Part shown: piece after piece, positions 1-10,500 of the stretch
Layout of the letters: the number at the start of each line of letters is the position of its first letter
How positions within the stretch are numbered: position 1 is the stretch's first letter
Assembly: GCA_902595715.1 (NCBI GenBank)
Contig: CACJRI010000004.1
Coordinates: 16,373 to 80,372, forward strand
DNA: 64,000 nt
Reading direction: 5' to 3'
Origin: an uncultured SAR86 cluster bacterium
Lineage (GTDB): Bacteria > Pseudomonadota > Gammaproteobacteria > Magnimaribacterales > AG-339-G14
Position numbers and translations under genes: made by a program
Notes under the pieces: generated by a model
The model's input: only the letters and a program-made list of their open reading frames with translations
What the model was told of the DNA's origin: nothing
Database searches by the model: none

Positions 1-13
1 CTAATATATCTAA

Positions 14-496
14 ATGCCTTCTTTTGATATTGAATCCAAAATTGATAACCATGAGCTATCAAACGCAATAGATCAAACTAATAGAGTTATCACCAATAGA
101 TATGACCTAAAAGATGCAAACGCCAATGTGGCTTTGCAAGAGAACGAAATTAAGGTTTCTGCCAATGAGCCCTTCCAATTGGATCAAATTATCCCAATTC
201 TCAAAGAAAATTTAAGTAAACGTAAAATCGATTTGAAAAGTTTAAAAATAGGCGAGACTCATGAAGCTAACAATTCTGCCTCATTAAATATAGAACTAGT
301 TCAGGGTATTTCCAGTGAAATAGGAAAAGAAATTAATTCGCTTATAAAAGCAAAAAAAATGAAAGTACAAAGTTCTATCCAGGGAGACTCCGTTAGAGTT
401 TCTGGAAAGAAAAGAGATGATCTTCAAGCTGCAATAACATTAATAAAAGAACAAAATTTCAATATTCCCCTGCAATTTCAAAATTTTAGAGACTAA
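14..496 (+). CDS. yajQ: YajQ family nucleotide/c-di-GMP-binding protein
   Basis: MPSFDI N-terminus, IQGDSVRVSGKKRDDLQ and C-terminal PLQFxNFRD are YajQ signatures; 160 aa. Confidence 0.95.
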   Translation: MPSFDIESKIDNHELSNAIDQTNRVITNRYDLKDANANVALQENEIKVSANEPFQLDQIIPILKENLSKRKIDLKSLKIGETHEANNSASLNIELVQGISSEIGKEINSLIKAKKMKVQSSIQGDSVRVSGKKRDDLQAAITLIKEQNFNIPLQFQNFRD

Positions 497-498
497 AA

Positions 499-1779
499 AT
501 GACTTTTATCGATTCTTTGAGGAATTATTTAAGTCCTCAAATTTTAGTAATCTTGTGCTTAGGTTTCATCTCAGGAGTGCCTTATGGCGTTCTAATGGAC
601 CCATTGAATTATTGGTTGTCAGAAGAGGGTATTGAAAAATCTACTATCGGTCTACTTTCTTTAGTTTTTTTAATTTATTCCTTAAAAGTATTTTGGGCTC
701 CTTTAGTTGATCGTTTAAAAATTCCAGGACTTCATATTTTAGGACAGAGAAAATCATGGTTATTTTTATCTCAGTTTGTAACTGGTTCAATCATATTATC
801 AATAAGTTTTGTTGAGCCTAAAGAAAGTTTAAATATCTTTGTTTATTTGATTCTTGCTATTGGTTTTTTTTCTGCCACTCAAGACATATGTGCTGACGCA
901 TTAAGAATAGAACTTGTTGAAAAAAGAGAGTTAGGCGAGGCATCAGCAGTTTTTGTTATTGGTTGGAGAATCGGAGCTATTTTGCTTTCTGGAGTAGCAA
1001 CCTTTTACCTAGCTGAATTATTTGGATGGAGTTTTGCCTACCAAATGATAGGCATAATTGTAATCTTTCTGTCTTTTATTTTTTTAATCCTCATTAGAGA
1101 GCCAACTAGAGAGATTAGACCGGCAAAAGATTTTTTTAAAGAACCTCTTGGATGGCTTAAAGATTCTTTTTTAGCTCCTTTAAAAGACCTTTACTTAAGA
1201 TATAAGAACCATCTGCTGCTATTACTTCTCTTAATATTTACTTATCGTCTTAGCGATATGTTTTTAGGCCCAATGGCTATGCCTTTCTATAGAGAAACAG
1301 GATTTACAAAAATTGAAGTTGCTGAAATAACTAATTTTTATGGACTTATCATGACTATCTTGGGCGGTCTATTTGCTGGAGCTTCAGTGCATCGTTACGG
1401 TCTTTCAAAAAATCTGGTTGCTGGAGCCATTCTAACTCCTCTAACCAATCTGCCTTTTATTTATTTGAACATGATTGGTCATGATGTAAATTTCCTCATA
1501 GTCACGATCACTTTAGATAATTTTACTCAGGGATTTGTGAATGTGATGGGCGTTACTATTCTCGGTACAATTGTGTCAAAAAGTTTTACCGCAACACAGT
1601 TTGCTTTTTTAGTGGCATTGGTTTCAGTGCCTCCAAGGATTGTTTCAGGGGGCTCAGGAATAATTGTCGATAATATGGGGTTTCATGAGTTTTTCATAAT
1701 TTGTGCTTTACTAGGAATTCCTGCAATTATTTTCTCAATAATGGCTCATAAAAGAAGGCAGGAACTGGGTTTTGAATAG
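499..1779 (+). CDS. ampG: AmpG family muropeptide MFS permease
   Basis: LGFISG.PY, YSLK.FWAPLVD, GQRKSW, SATQDI..DA.RIE and TATQFA motifs; about 12 hydrophobic segments; yajQ-ampG adjacency is typical. Confidence 0.88.
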   Translation: MTFIDSLRNYLSPQILVILCLGFISGVPYGVLMDPLNYWLSEEGIEKSTIGLLSLVFLIYSLKVFWAPLVDRLKIPGLHILGQRKSWLFLSQFVTGSIILSISFVEPKESLNIFVYLILAIGFFSATQDICADALRIELVEKRELGEASAVFVIGWRIGAILLSGVATFYLAELFGWSFAYQMIGIIVIFLSFIFLILIREPTREIRPAKDFFKEPLGWLKDSFLAPLKDLYLRYKNHLLLLLLLIFTYRLSDMFLGPMAMPFYRETGFTKIEVAEITNFYGLIMTILGGLFAGASVHRYGLSKNLVAGAILTPLTNLPFIYLNMIGHDVNFLIVTITLDNFTQGFVNVMGVTILGTIVSKSFTATQFAFLVALVSVPPRIVSGGSGIIVDNMGFHEFFIICALLGIPAIIFSIMAHKRRQELGFE

Positions 1780-1920
1780 ATGTTTAAATTTAAATCGAGG
1801 GGTAAATTGTTTTTTATATTCTTTTTTTCATTTCCTTGTCTTTATTTTTTTTCCTTTTGACAATGAAGGCCCAGAAATTTTCCTTACTTAGACAAAATGA
1901 GACATTTTTCTATTTTTTTC

Positions 1921-2027
1921 CTTGAAAAAAGATCTAAAGAACATAAATAAATAAGAGTTGTGAATTGAGCATTCGTTTAATAGAATGCGCATCTCACATT
2001 TGTTTAGTTATTTTTAAGGAGTGCTAA
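1921..2027 (+). promoter_or_regulatory. groES upstream region: possible sigma32 -35 element, leader hairpin and RBS
   Basis: CTTGAA at 1921-1926, but the -10 match is poor; inverted repeat GCATTC-N8-GAATGC at 1969-1988; AAGGAG RBS at 2016-2021. Confidence 0.4.
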
Positions 2028-2028
2028 T

Positions 2029-2322
2029 ATGAAATTTAATCCATTAGGAGACAAACTTCTCGTAAGAAGAAGTGAAGAGGAAGAAACCACTGCAGGAGGT
2101 ATTGTTTTGCCTGGTTCTGCAGCTGAAAAGCCTTCCCAAGGTGAAGTGTTAGCTATTGGACCAGGAAGAGTTCTGGATTCAGGAGAAAAAGTTGAAGTTC
2201 CAGTAAGTGTCGGAGACACTGTTGTTTTTGGCCAATACGCAGGAAGCAACACTATAAAAGTCGATGGTGAAGAATTACTGATTCTCAGTGAAAGTGATCT
2301 TCTTGGAACGGTTTCCAAGTAA
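2029..2322 (+). CDS. groES: Co-chaperonin GroES
   Basis: [33 protein letters not shown]; directly upstream of groEL. Confidence 0.99.
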   Translation: MKFNPLGDKLLVRRSEEEETTAGGIVLPGSAAEKPSQGEVLAIGPGRVLDSGEKVEVPVSVGDTVVFGQYAGSNTIKVDGEELLILSESDLLGTVSK

Positions 2323-2352
2323 ACAATTACATATTTTTTTAATACGAGGTAA

Positions 2353-3999
<1,647 letters not shown>

Positions 4000-4012
4000 A
4001 AATCTTCTGTTG

Positions 4013-4046
4013 AAAAAAAAGAGGCCATGTTAGGCCTCTTTTTTTT
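4013..4046 (+). terminator. Intrinsic terminator after groEL (bidirectional form)
   Basis: A8-GAGGCC-ATGTTA-GGCCTC-T8. Confidence 0.9.
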
Positions 4047-4092
4047 ATTTTACGGTTTTAGAATATAATAAAGCTTTAAAGAGGGAGATCTA

Positions 4093-4776
4093 ATGGAAAT
4101 AGAACTATATTTATATAATGTCCTAGTGAGATGGGGACACATCTTAGTTGGTATAGCTTGGATAGGGCTTTTATATTATTTTAATTTTGTGCAAACAGAA
4201 TATGTAAAAGTCGCAGATCCTGATGCTAAAGCAGATGTTATGAAAAAATTAGCACCCAATGCGCTTTGGTGGTTTAGATGGGCTGCTTTTTTAACTTTTT
4301 TAACAGGTTTATATCTTTTGTATGTTCAAGAACGAGCAATTACAACAGCTATAACTTTAGGGTCATTAATGGGAATCATCATGATGTTAAATGTTTGGGG
4401 AATCATTTGGCGTAATCAAAAGATTGTTATCGGCCTAAAAGAAGGAGATGCAGCGGCTGCAGGTGCTAAAGCTGGTCTGGCCTCAAGGACAAATACTTTA
4501 CTTTCTTTGCCAATGCTTTATTTCATGGTTTCTTCAGCTCATGGTGGAACTGCATCTTACCCAAAATCGTATCTTTTAATTGATCAATCTGCTGCGGGGG
4601 GACCCATTGCAGGTTATTTAGGTTATGATTTTTGGATTGTAGTAGCTGCGGTTCTTTTAATTGAGTTGAATGCAATTTATGGAAAAATGTTTCCTGTTAT
4701 TGCATCTGTAAGATCAGTTATAACTTCAAGCTTTATCTTAACTATTATTTTCTCTGGCTTAGTTTTTTATATCTAA
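4093..4776 (+). CDS. Membrane protein of the PuuD/Urate_ox_N-like family, without a cytochrome c domain
   Basis: RW.HIL.GIAWIGLLYYFNFVQ, ALWWFRWAA, IM.LNVWGIIWRNQK and ASRTNTLLSLPMLYFM; multi-TM; no CxxCH. Confidence 0.7.
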   Translation: MEIELYLYNVLVRWGHILVGIAWIGLLYYFNFVQTEYVKVADPDAKADVMKKLAPNALWWFRWAAFLTFLTGLYLLYVQERAITTAITLGSLMGIIMMLNVWGIIWRNQKIVIGLKEGDAAAAGAKAGLASRTNTLLSLPMLYFMVSSAHGGTASYPKSYLLIDQSAAGGPIAGYLGYDFWIVVAAVLLIELNAIYGKMFPVIASVRSVITSSFILTIIFSGLVFYI

Positions 4777-4777
4777 G

Positions 4778-6058
4778 TTAATCATCGCTGAGTTCTTCAT
4801 CTTCTTGATCGATTTGAAGAACTCTTGCGATTTTAATCATATTATTTCTAATCAATACAGTTTCGACAGCATAATTGTCTATTTCTATTTTGATATTGTT
4901 TTCAGGAATCGTTTCAACTTGATCAATAATTAATCCATTCAAGGTTTTTGCTCCATTTATTGGAAGCTGCCAATTTAGTTTTTTGTTTAGCTCTCTCAAA
5001 GGGATAGAAGCATCAATTAAATAACTACCATCCTTTTGTTCCATAATTTCTACCGTCTCTCTATCGATATCCGTAGCAAGCTCACCAACAATTTCTTCAA
5101 GAACATCTTTAATCGTAACCAATCCCTTAACAGAACCATATTCGTCAATGATTACAGCAACTGTCTTTTTATTTTTTTGAAAATTGAAAAGTTGTGTGCT
5201 TAAAGGAGTATTTTCTGGAATGAAATAGGCTTCATCTAAAGATTCAATTAAACTTTCGATTGATTTGTCTTCATTTGAAAGAAAAGAAGTTATTCCATAA
5301 AGATCTATAACTCCTCTTAAATCGTCAAGAGATTCGTTATAGACAGGCAAAAAATCTTTTTGATTATTTTGAAGATTACTCAGAATATTTTCTATTGGCT
5401 GATTTATATCTATACCAATTACTTCACTTCTTTGTGTCATGACCTCATCTACAGAAACTTTATCTAGCTCTAAAACACTGATTAACATATCTTGATATTT
5501 CTTGGGAATTAAATCTCCAGAGTTTTCCAAAACACTCTTTAACTCTTCGGGAGATAAATCTTCATTGATTGTTGTTTCTTTTGTCCCCAAAAGCCTCATA
5601 AAAAAATTTGAAAAGAAATTAACAAATAACACCAAAGGCCTGAGTATTTTTTGCAAGTATTTAAGGATTAGAGATGCTGGAAGGGCAACTTTTTCTGAAT
5701 TCAATGCTGCAAAAGTCTTCGGAGTGATTTCAGCAAATACTAAAATTATTAATGTTAAGACGATAGAACCAATTACAACTCCACTATCTCCAAATAAATT
5801 TAAACAAAGGACAGTCGTAAGTGAAGCTGCAAGAATATTTACAAAATTATTACCTATGAGAATAACACCGAGTAATCTATCGGGTCTTTTTAAAAGTTTG
5901 TCAGCTCTAATAGCTCCTTTATCGTTTTCCTTAACTAAATGTTTAAGACGATACCTATTTAAGGACATCATAGCCGTTTCTACTCCAGAGAAAAAAGCAG
6001 AAAGAAAAAGCAGAAAAACGATGCTTGAAAAGAGCATCCAGGGATTAACGTCAGTCAA
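4778..6058 (-). CDS. HlyC/CorC (CNNM, DUF21-CBS-CorC) family Mg/Co transporter, CorB/YfjD-like
   Basis: SAFFSG.ETAMMSLNRYRL, ILIGNNFVNI, FAEITPKT, IDEYG...GLVTI.D.LEEIVGE. Confidence 0.92.
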   Translation of the reverse strand: MTDVNPWMLFSSIVFLLFLSAFFSGVETAMMSLNRYRLKHLVKENDKGAIRADKLLKRPDRLLGVILIGNNFVNILAASLTTVLCLNLFGDSGVVIGSIVLTLIILVFAEITPKTFAALNSEKVALPASLILKYLQKILRPLVLFVNFFSNFFMRLLGTKETTINEDLSPEELKSVLENSGDLIPKKYQDMLISVLELDKVSVDEVMTQRSEVIGIDINQPIENILSNLQNNQKDFLPVYNESLDDLRGVIDLYGITSFLSNEDKSIESLIESLDEAYFIPENTPLSTQLFNFQKNKKTVAVIIDEYGSVKGLVTIKDVLEEIVGELATDIDRETVEIMEQKDGSYLIDASIPLRELNKKLNWQLPINGAKTLNGLIIDQVETIPENNIKIEIDNYAVETVLIRNNMIKIARVLQIDQEDEELSDD

Positions 6059-6160
6059 TTGTAGGAATTATGTGAATAGTTTGCATTTTTTTACAATTAT
6101 AGGAAGGTTTTACTTGAATACAAAATTAAATTACTTAGAATACGCATCTCAAAGAAATTT

Positions 6161-7222
6161 ATGGTAACTATAAGACTAGCCAGAGGAGGCGCTAAAAAGC
6201 GTCCCTATTTTCATATTACAGTCGCGGATTCACGAAGAGCTAGAGATGGTAAATACATCGAAAGAGTGGGTTTTTTTAATCCTATTGCCTCTGCGCAAAA
6301 CGACAGACTTAATATAGATCACGAAAGATTAGATTATTGGGTTAGTAAAGGAGCTCAAGTTACTGAGAGGGTTAAAACTTTGATTAAAGAGTCAAAACTT
6401 TCAACAGAAGATTTCAATCAATTAGTTGCAAAGAAAGAGAAACTAAGATTAGTGAAACTTGAGAAGAAAAAAGCTTCAGCATCTGAAGCAGATACTCAAG
6501 AAAGTTCTTCTGAAGGAGAAGAAGTCTCGGCTGAGACAGAAAATACAGAATCAAAAAGTACCAATAATAATAACCAATCAAACAATGAGGATAATCTAAT
6601 GGAAAAAACCGAAGATATTATCGATAAGGTTGCAGAAGGTACAAAAGACGTAGCCGAAGGCGCTGCTGAAGCTGTAACAGATGTAGCTGAAGGCGCAGTT
6701 GATGTTGCTGAAGAAGTAGTAGAAACTGCAGAAGATGTTGTTGAAGATGCTGCCAAAGCCGTAACTGATGTTGCTGAAGGAGCTGCTAATGTTGCTGGCG
6801 ATGTTGTTGAGACTGCTGAAGATGTTGTCGGAGATGCAGTTGATGCTGTTAAAGACGTTGCCGAAGGTGCAGCTGATGTTGCCGGCGATGTTGTTGACAC
6901 TGCAAAAGAAGTGGCAGGCGATCTTGCTGAAGGCGATGTTGTTGAAGCAGTAAAAGACGTAGCTGAAGGCGCAGTCGATGTTGCCGAAGACGTTGTCGAA
7001 ACTGCAGTTGATGTTGCTGAAGATGCTGTTGATGCTGTAAAAGATGTTGCTGAAGGCGCTGCTGATGTAGTTGAAGACGTTGTTGAGACAGCAGAAGATG
7101 TTGTCGAAGACGCAGTTGATGCTGTAAAAGATGTTGCTGAAGGCGCTGCTGATGCAGTTGGTGATGCAATCGATGCTGTCAAAGACGCATTCACATCTGA
7201 CGACTCTAAAGACGATAAATAA
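6161..7222 (+). CDS. rpsP: 30S ribosomal protein S16 with a ~270-aa acidic, repetitive C-terminal extension
   Basis: Residues 1-80 are canonical S16 ([37 protein letters not shown]...W..KGAQ.TERV); lies directly upstream of rimM. Confidence 0.93.
   Translation: MVTIRLARGGAKKRPYFHITVADSRRARDGKYIERVGFFNPIASAQNDRLNIDHERLDYWVSKGAQVTERVKTLIKESKLSTEDFNQLVAKKEKLRLVKLEKKKASASEADTQESSSEGEEVSAETENTESKSTNNNNQSNNEDNLMEKTEDIIDKVAEGTKDVAEGAAEAVTDVAEGAVDVAEEVVETAEDVVEDAAKAVTDVAEGAANVAGDVVETAEDVVGDAVDAVKDVAEGAADVAGDVVDTAKEVAGDLAEGDVVEAVKDVAEGAVDVAEDVVETAVDVAEDAVDAVKDVAEGAADVVEDVVETAEDVVEDAVDAVKDVAEGAADAVGDAIDAVKDAFTSDDSKDDK
6587..6601 (+). promoter_or_regulatory. Internal RBS and in-frame ATG inside rpsP
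   Basis: GAGGA at 6587-6591, a 7-nt spacer, then ATG at 6599 (codon 147), at the start of the repeat domain. Confidence 0.6.
6640..7190 (+). repeat. Degenerate ~87-bp (29-aa) tandem repeat encoding [33 protein letters not shown] units
   Basis: About 5-6 imperfect copies; recurring GATGTTGCTGAAGGCGC-type segments; one copy has a 5-aa insertion. Confidence 0.9.
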
Positions 7223-7231
7223 GTTATCAAA

Positions 7232-7741
7232 ATGACCTACCAAGATGATGATTTCATTTTGGTAGGAAGTTTTGGTCGTCCAATCGGTCTTAAAGGAAGT
7301 ATAAAATTAAATTCCTTCACAAGACCTCCTGAAAACATAAAATCTTACAATTCTTTCTTCATGAAAGAGAGCTCCCAATTTATTGAATTAGAAGTAAAAA
7401 AAATAACTACTTCCGGTAAAAATTTAATCATTTTTCTGAATAACTGCAATTCTCTTGAGGAGGCTGAAGAAACTTTTAAAGGTAGGGAAATATTTATTCC
7501 TAAATCAGATCTTCCTGAAACAGAGGATAAGTTCTATTGGAATGATCTAATTGGTTTAGAGGTAATCATACGAAGCTCAGAAAAATCTTTAGGCAAGGTC
7601 CATTCTCTTATGGAAACTGGCTCTAATGATGTGCTAATAATTAAAAATTCAAATCAAGAAGATATTTTGATTCCTTTCATTATGAAACAAGTAATTCTGG
7701 AGGTAACAGAAAAAAGCATTTATGTAGATTGGGAGGTTTAA
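7232..7741 (+). CDS. rimM: 16S rRNA processing protein RimM
   Basis: G.FGRP.GLKG, FYW.DLIGL.V, METGSNDVL, LIPF; operon position. Confidence 0.96.
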   Translation: MTYQDDDFILVGSFGRPIGLKGSIKLNSFTRPPENIKSYNSFFMKESSQFIELEVKKITTSGKNLIIFLNNCNSLEEAEETFKGREIFIPKSDLPETEDKFYWNDLIGLEVIIRSSEKSLGKVHSLMETGSNDVLIIKNSNQEDILIPFIMKQVILEVTEKSIYVDWEV

Positions 7742-8479
7742 ATGAATTTTACTTTTATTTCCTTGTTTCCCGAAATCATAAGATCTGCATTGAATGAAAG
7801 CATAACTAAAAGAGCTATCGAAAAGTCTTTGATCTCTTTTAAAACGATAAATCCTAGAGATTATCTTAAGACCAAAGAAAGGGTTGATGACAAGGTTTAT
7901 GGCGGCGGGCCGGGAATGCTTTTGAAAACTGAACCTTTAATGAAAGCTATAGACGATGCAACTTCTAAATTCGAGAGATCAGAAAGCAAAATTATTTATT
8001 TATCTCCAAAAGGCAAGCCATTTACTCAAGAGACTGCTGAGACCCTGGCTTTGGAGAAAAATATAATATTCATTTGCGGTCGCTATGAAGGAATTGATCA
8101 GAGAATCATTGATCATTATGTGGATGACGAGATAAGCATTGGAGATTATGTTCTCTCCGGTGGAGAGCTGCCTGCTTTAGTAGTATTTGATGCCATCGCA
8201 AGGAATATTGAGGGAGTCTTAGGAGACGACGCATCTCTTGAGCAAGAATCTTTTTCCGGAGGATTATTAGAATATCCTCAGTATACCAGACCGGAAAAAA
8301 TGAAATTGGGTAATGTGCCAAAAGAATTATTATCTGGAAATCATGCGGTTATAGAACAATGGCGAAAGAAACAGATGCTTGGAATTACCGCTTCGAGAAG
8401 AAAAGATCTTCTTGAAAAAATCAAATTATCACCTGAAGAAAAAGCACTTTTGGAAGAATTTTTTAATGAACTTGAGTAA
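7742..8479 (+). CDS. trmD: tRNA (guanine-N1)-methyltransferase TrmD
   Basis: VDD..YGGGPGM, CGRYEGIDQR, SIGDYVLSGGE, LEYPQYTRP. Confidence 0.99.
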   Translation: MNFTFISLFPEIIRSALNESITKRAIEKSLISFKTINPRDYLKTKERVDDKVYGGGPGMLLKTEPLMKAIDDATSKFERSESKIIYLSPKGKPFTQETAETLALEKNIIFICGRYEGIDQRIIDHYVDDEISIGDYVLSGGELPALVVFDAIARNIEGVLGDDASLEQESFSGGLLEYPQYTRPEKMKLGNVPKELLSGNHAVIEQWRKKQMLGITASRRKDLLEKIKLSPEEKALLEEFFNELE

Positions 8480-8523
8480 TAATCTGATAGAATTATTTTC
8501 CTTGTAGATAAGCTGTAATAGAA

Positions 8524-8877
8524 ATGAGTAGCAAAAGAACATCTATCCAAGTTATAGAAGCAACACAACTTAAAGATAATATCCCTGATTTCAACCAAGG
8601 GGATACAGTCTTGGTTGAGATTTTAGTTAAAGAAGGAGATCGAGAGAGAACCCAACCTTTTGAAGGTGTAGTAATTGGTATCAAAAATAGAGGTTTAAAT
8701 TCTGCTTTTACAGTAAGAAAAATTTCTAGCGGTGTTGGTGTTGAAAGAACATTTCAAACTCACAGCCCATTAATAAAATCCATTAAAGTTAAAAGGAAAG
8801 GTAAGGTTAGGCAATCTAAACTTTATTACCTAAGAGAACGCTCTGGAAGGTCCGCAAGAATAAAAGAAAAAGTATAA
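8524..8877 (+). CDS. rplS: 50S ribosomal protein L19
   Basis: [39 protein letters not shown]. Confidence 0.99.
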   Translation: MSSKRTSIQVIEATQLKDNIPDFNQGDTVLVEILVKEGDRERTQPFEGVVIGIKNRGLNSAFTVRKISSGVGVERTFQTHSPLIKSIKVKRKGKVRQSKLYYLRERSGRSARIKEKV

Positions 8878-8884
8878 TCACACA

Positions 8885-9784
8885 ATGAGTGATTCGGATA
8901 GGCAAATTCTTGATGCCTTCATCGATAATATCTGGATTGAAAAAGGATTGAGTCAAAATACATTAGACTCATATAGAAGTGATCTTGAGCAATTTTCCTC
9001 ATGGCTTGAAAAAAATAACCTTAGTTATATTAAAACTTCCAAGAAAGAAATTCTCTCTTACTTATCTTTTCTTTTTCAAAAAGGCTTGGGAAGTAAAACA
9101 GTTGCCAGAAAACTTTCTTCATTAAAATCTTTCTTCCGCTATTTGGTCTTTAAATCTATTATTTCAAACGATCCCTCAAGCGAGGTAGAAACGCCAAAAT
9201 TATTAAAGTCCATTCCCAAATCCATTTCAGAAAGAGAAGTTGAAGCATTATTAGCTGCACCAGATGAAAAGACAGATATTGGGCTCAGAGATAAAACTAT
9301 GATTGAGACTTTATATTCTTGCGGGTTAAGAATTTCAGAATTAACAAATTTAGAATTGCTAAATCTTAACTTGCGCCAAGGTGTGATTAGAGTAATTGGA
9401 AAAGGCCAAAAGGAGAGATTGGTACCTATGGGCGATCAGCTTATTAGTCTATTAGAACTTTACATTTCCTCTTCTAGGAAAAATCTTCTCAATAAAAGAC
9501 ACTCTGACTTTTTATTTTTATCAACAAGAGGACAAAGAATGAGTCGTCAATCCTTTTGGCATAGGATAAAACACTATTGTTTTGCTTCAGGATTTGAGCA
9601 AGATAAAATTTCTCCTCACGTACTTAGACACGCTTTTGCAACCCATCTTTTAAATAATGGAGCCGACTTAAGAGTGGTGCAACTTTTACTAGGACATAGC
9701 GACTTAAATACAACGCAAATTTATACTGAGGTTGCTAGACAACGTCTGAAAAGACTTCATACTGAGCACCATCCAAGAGGCTAG
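8885..9784 (+). CDS. xerD: Site-specific tyrosine recombinase XerD
   Basis: LY.CGLRISEL, GKG.KER.VP, SPHVLRHAFATHLL..GADLRVVQ.LLGH.DL.TTQIYT, HHPRG; upstream of dsbC. Confidence 0.96.
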   Translation: MSDSDRQILDAFIDNIWIEKGLSQNTLDSYRSDLEQFSSWLEKNNLSYIKTSKKEILSYLSFLFQKGLGSKTVARKLSSLKSFFRYLVFKSIISNDPSSEVETPKLLKSIPKSISEREVEALLAAPDEKTDIGLRDKTMIETLYSCGLRISELTNLELLNLNLRQGVIRVIGKGQKERLVPMGDQLISLLELYISSSRKNLLNKRHSDFLFLSTRGQRMSRQSFWHRIKHYCFASGFEQDKISPHVLRHAFATHLLNNGADLRVVQLLLGHSDLNTTQIYTEVARQRLKRLHTEHHPRG

Positions 9785-9787
9785 GAT

Positions 9788-10498
9788 ATGATTGTTTACA
9801 GGTTTATTGTTTTGTTATTTTCTTTGCAGATTTTTGTCTTAGATAAAGATGAAATAAAAACAAAATTAAACGAAATCATTCCAGAAGAGATATCGGTAGA
9901 TACGGTTGAAGATACTTATTCTTCAAACTTCTTTTCAGTTGAATTATCTGATGGTTCTTTATTCTATATAACGGCAGATGGTGAATTCATCATCAATGGC
10001 GATCTTTATCAAATCGAAAAAAACTCTTTGATAAATTTCTCAGACATACGAGATTCTAAAAAAAGAATTAATAGACTTCTTAAAATAAATCAAAGTGAGT
10101 TTATAACCTTTGAGCCGAAAGAAAAGAAAACAGACATTTATGTCTTTACCGATGTTGATTGTGGGTACTGTAGAAAATTGCATTCTGAAATCACAAGCTA
10201 TTTAGAGAACGGCATACAAGTTAATTATTTAGCATATCCAAGAGAGGGTTTGGAAAGTGAAACTTATCAAAAAATGAAGACTGCTTGGTGCTCAAAAGAT
10301 CCTCAAGGAACTTTGACGACTTTAAAACTTGGAAAAACTATCAAAAGCGATGATTGCAGTAAAAAAATTGTCTCAAAACATTATAATCTAGCAAAAGAAT
10401 TTAATGCCCGAGGAACTCCTACTATAATTTTAGAAAATGGTTTCTTATTAGCAGGTTATCACTCTGCCGAAGAGATATTGAATTTTTTAAAAAAATAA
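9788..10498 (+). CDS. dsbC: Disulfide isomerase DsbC
   Basis: [13 protein letters not shown] active site, GTPT cis-Pro loop, N-terminal signal-like segment. Confidence 0.94.
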   Translation: MIVYRFIVLLFSLQIFVLDKDEIKTKLNEIIPEEISVDTVEDTYSSNFFSVELSDGSLFYITADGEFIINGDLYQIEKNSLINFSDIRDSKKRINRLLKINQSEFITFEPKEKKTDIYVFTDVDCGYCRKLHSEITSYLENGIQVNYLAYPREGLESETYQKMKTAWCSKDPQGTLTTLKLGKTIKSDDCSKKIVSKHYNLAKEFNARGTPTIILENGFLLAGYHSAEEILNFLKK

Positions 10499-10500
10499 TT

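Noticed and set aside
1780-1860. 26-codon Phe-rich ORF after ampG
   Set aside because: Low-complexity T-rich sequence with no recognisable RBS or motif; unsupported.
2001-2027. Intact CIRCE operator at groES
   Set aside because: Only the right half (GAGTGCTAA) matches; the position 9 nt upstream reads TGTTTAGTT, not TTAGCACTC.
5502-6167. 221-aa plus-strand ORF
   Set aside because: Antisense to the well-supported CorC-family gene.
6640-7190. Tandem repeat as a possible CRISPR array
   Set aside because: The repeats are degenerate at third codon positions, stay in frame, have no unique spacers and have no cas genes nearby.
6496-7243. Several long antisense and alternate-frame ORFs (Ser/Thr/Ala-rich 244 aa, 215 aa, Gln/His-rich 106 aa)
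   Set aside because: They are shadows of the GNN-codon repeat in rpsP, which lacks stops in other frames; no RBS or family signal.
8885-9784. Tyrosine recombinase as a mobile-element integrase
   Set aside because: XerD signatures and the conserved rplS-xerD-dsbC context show it is housekeeping.
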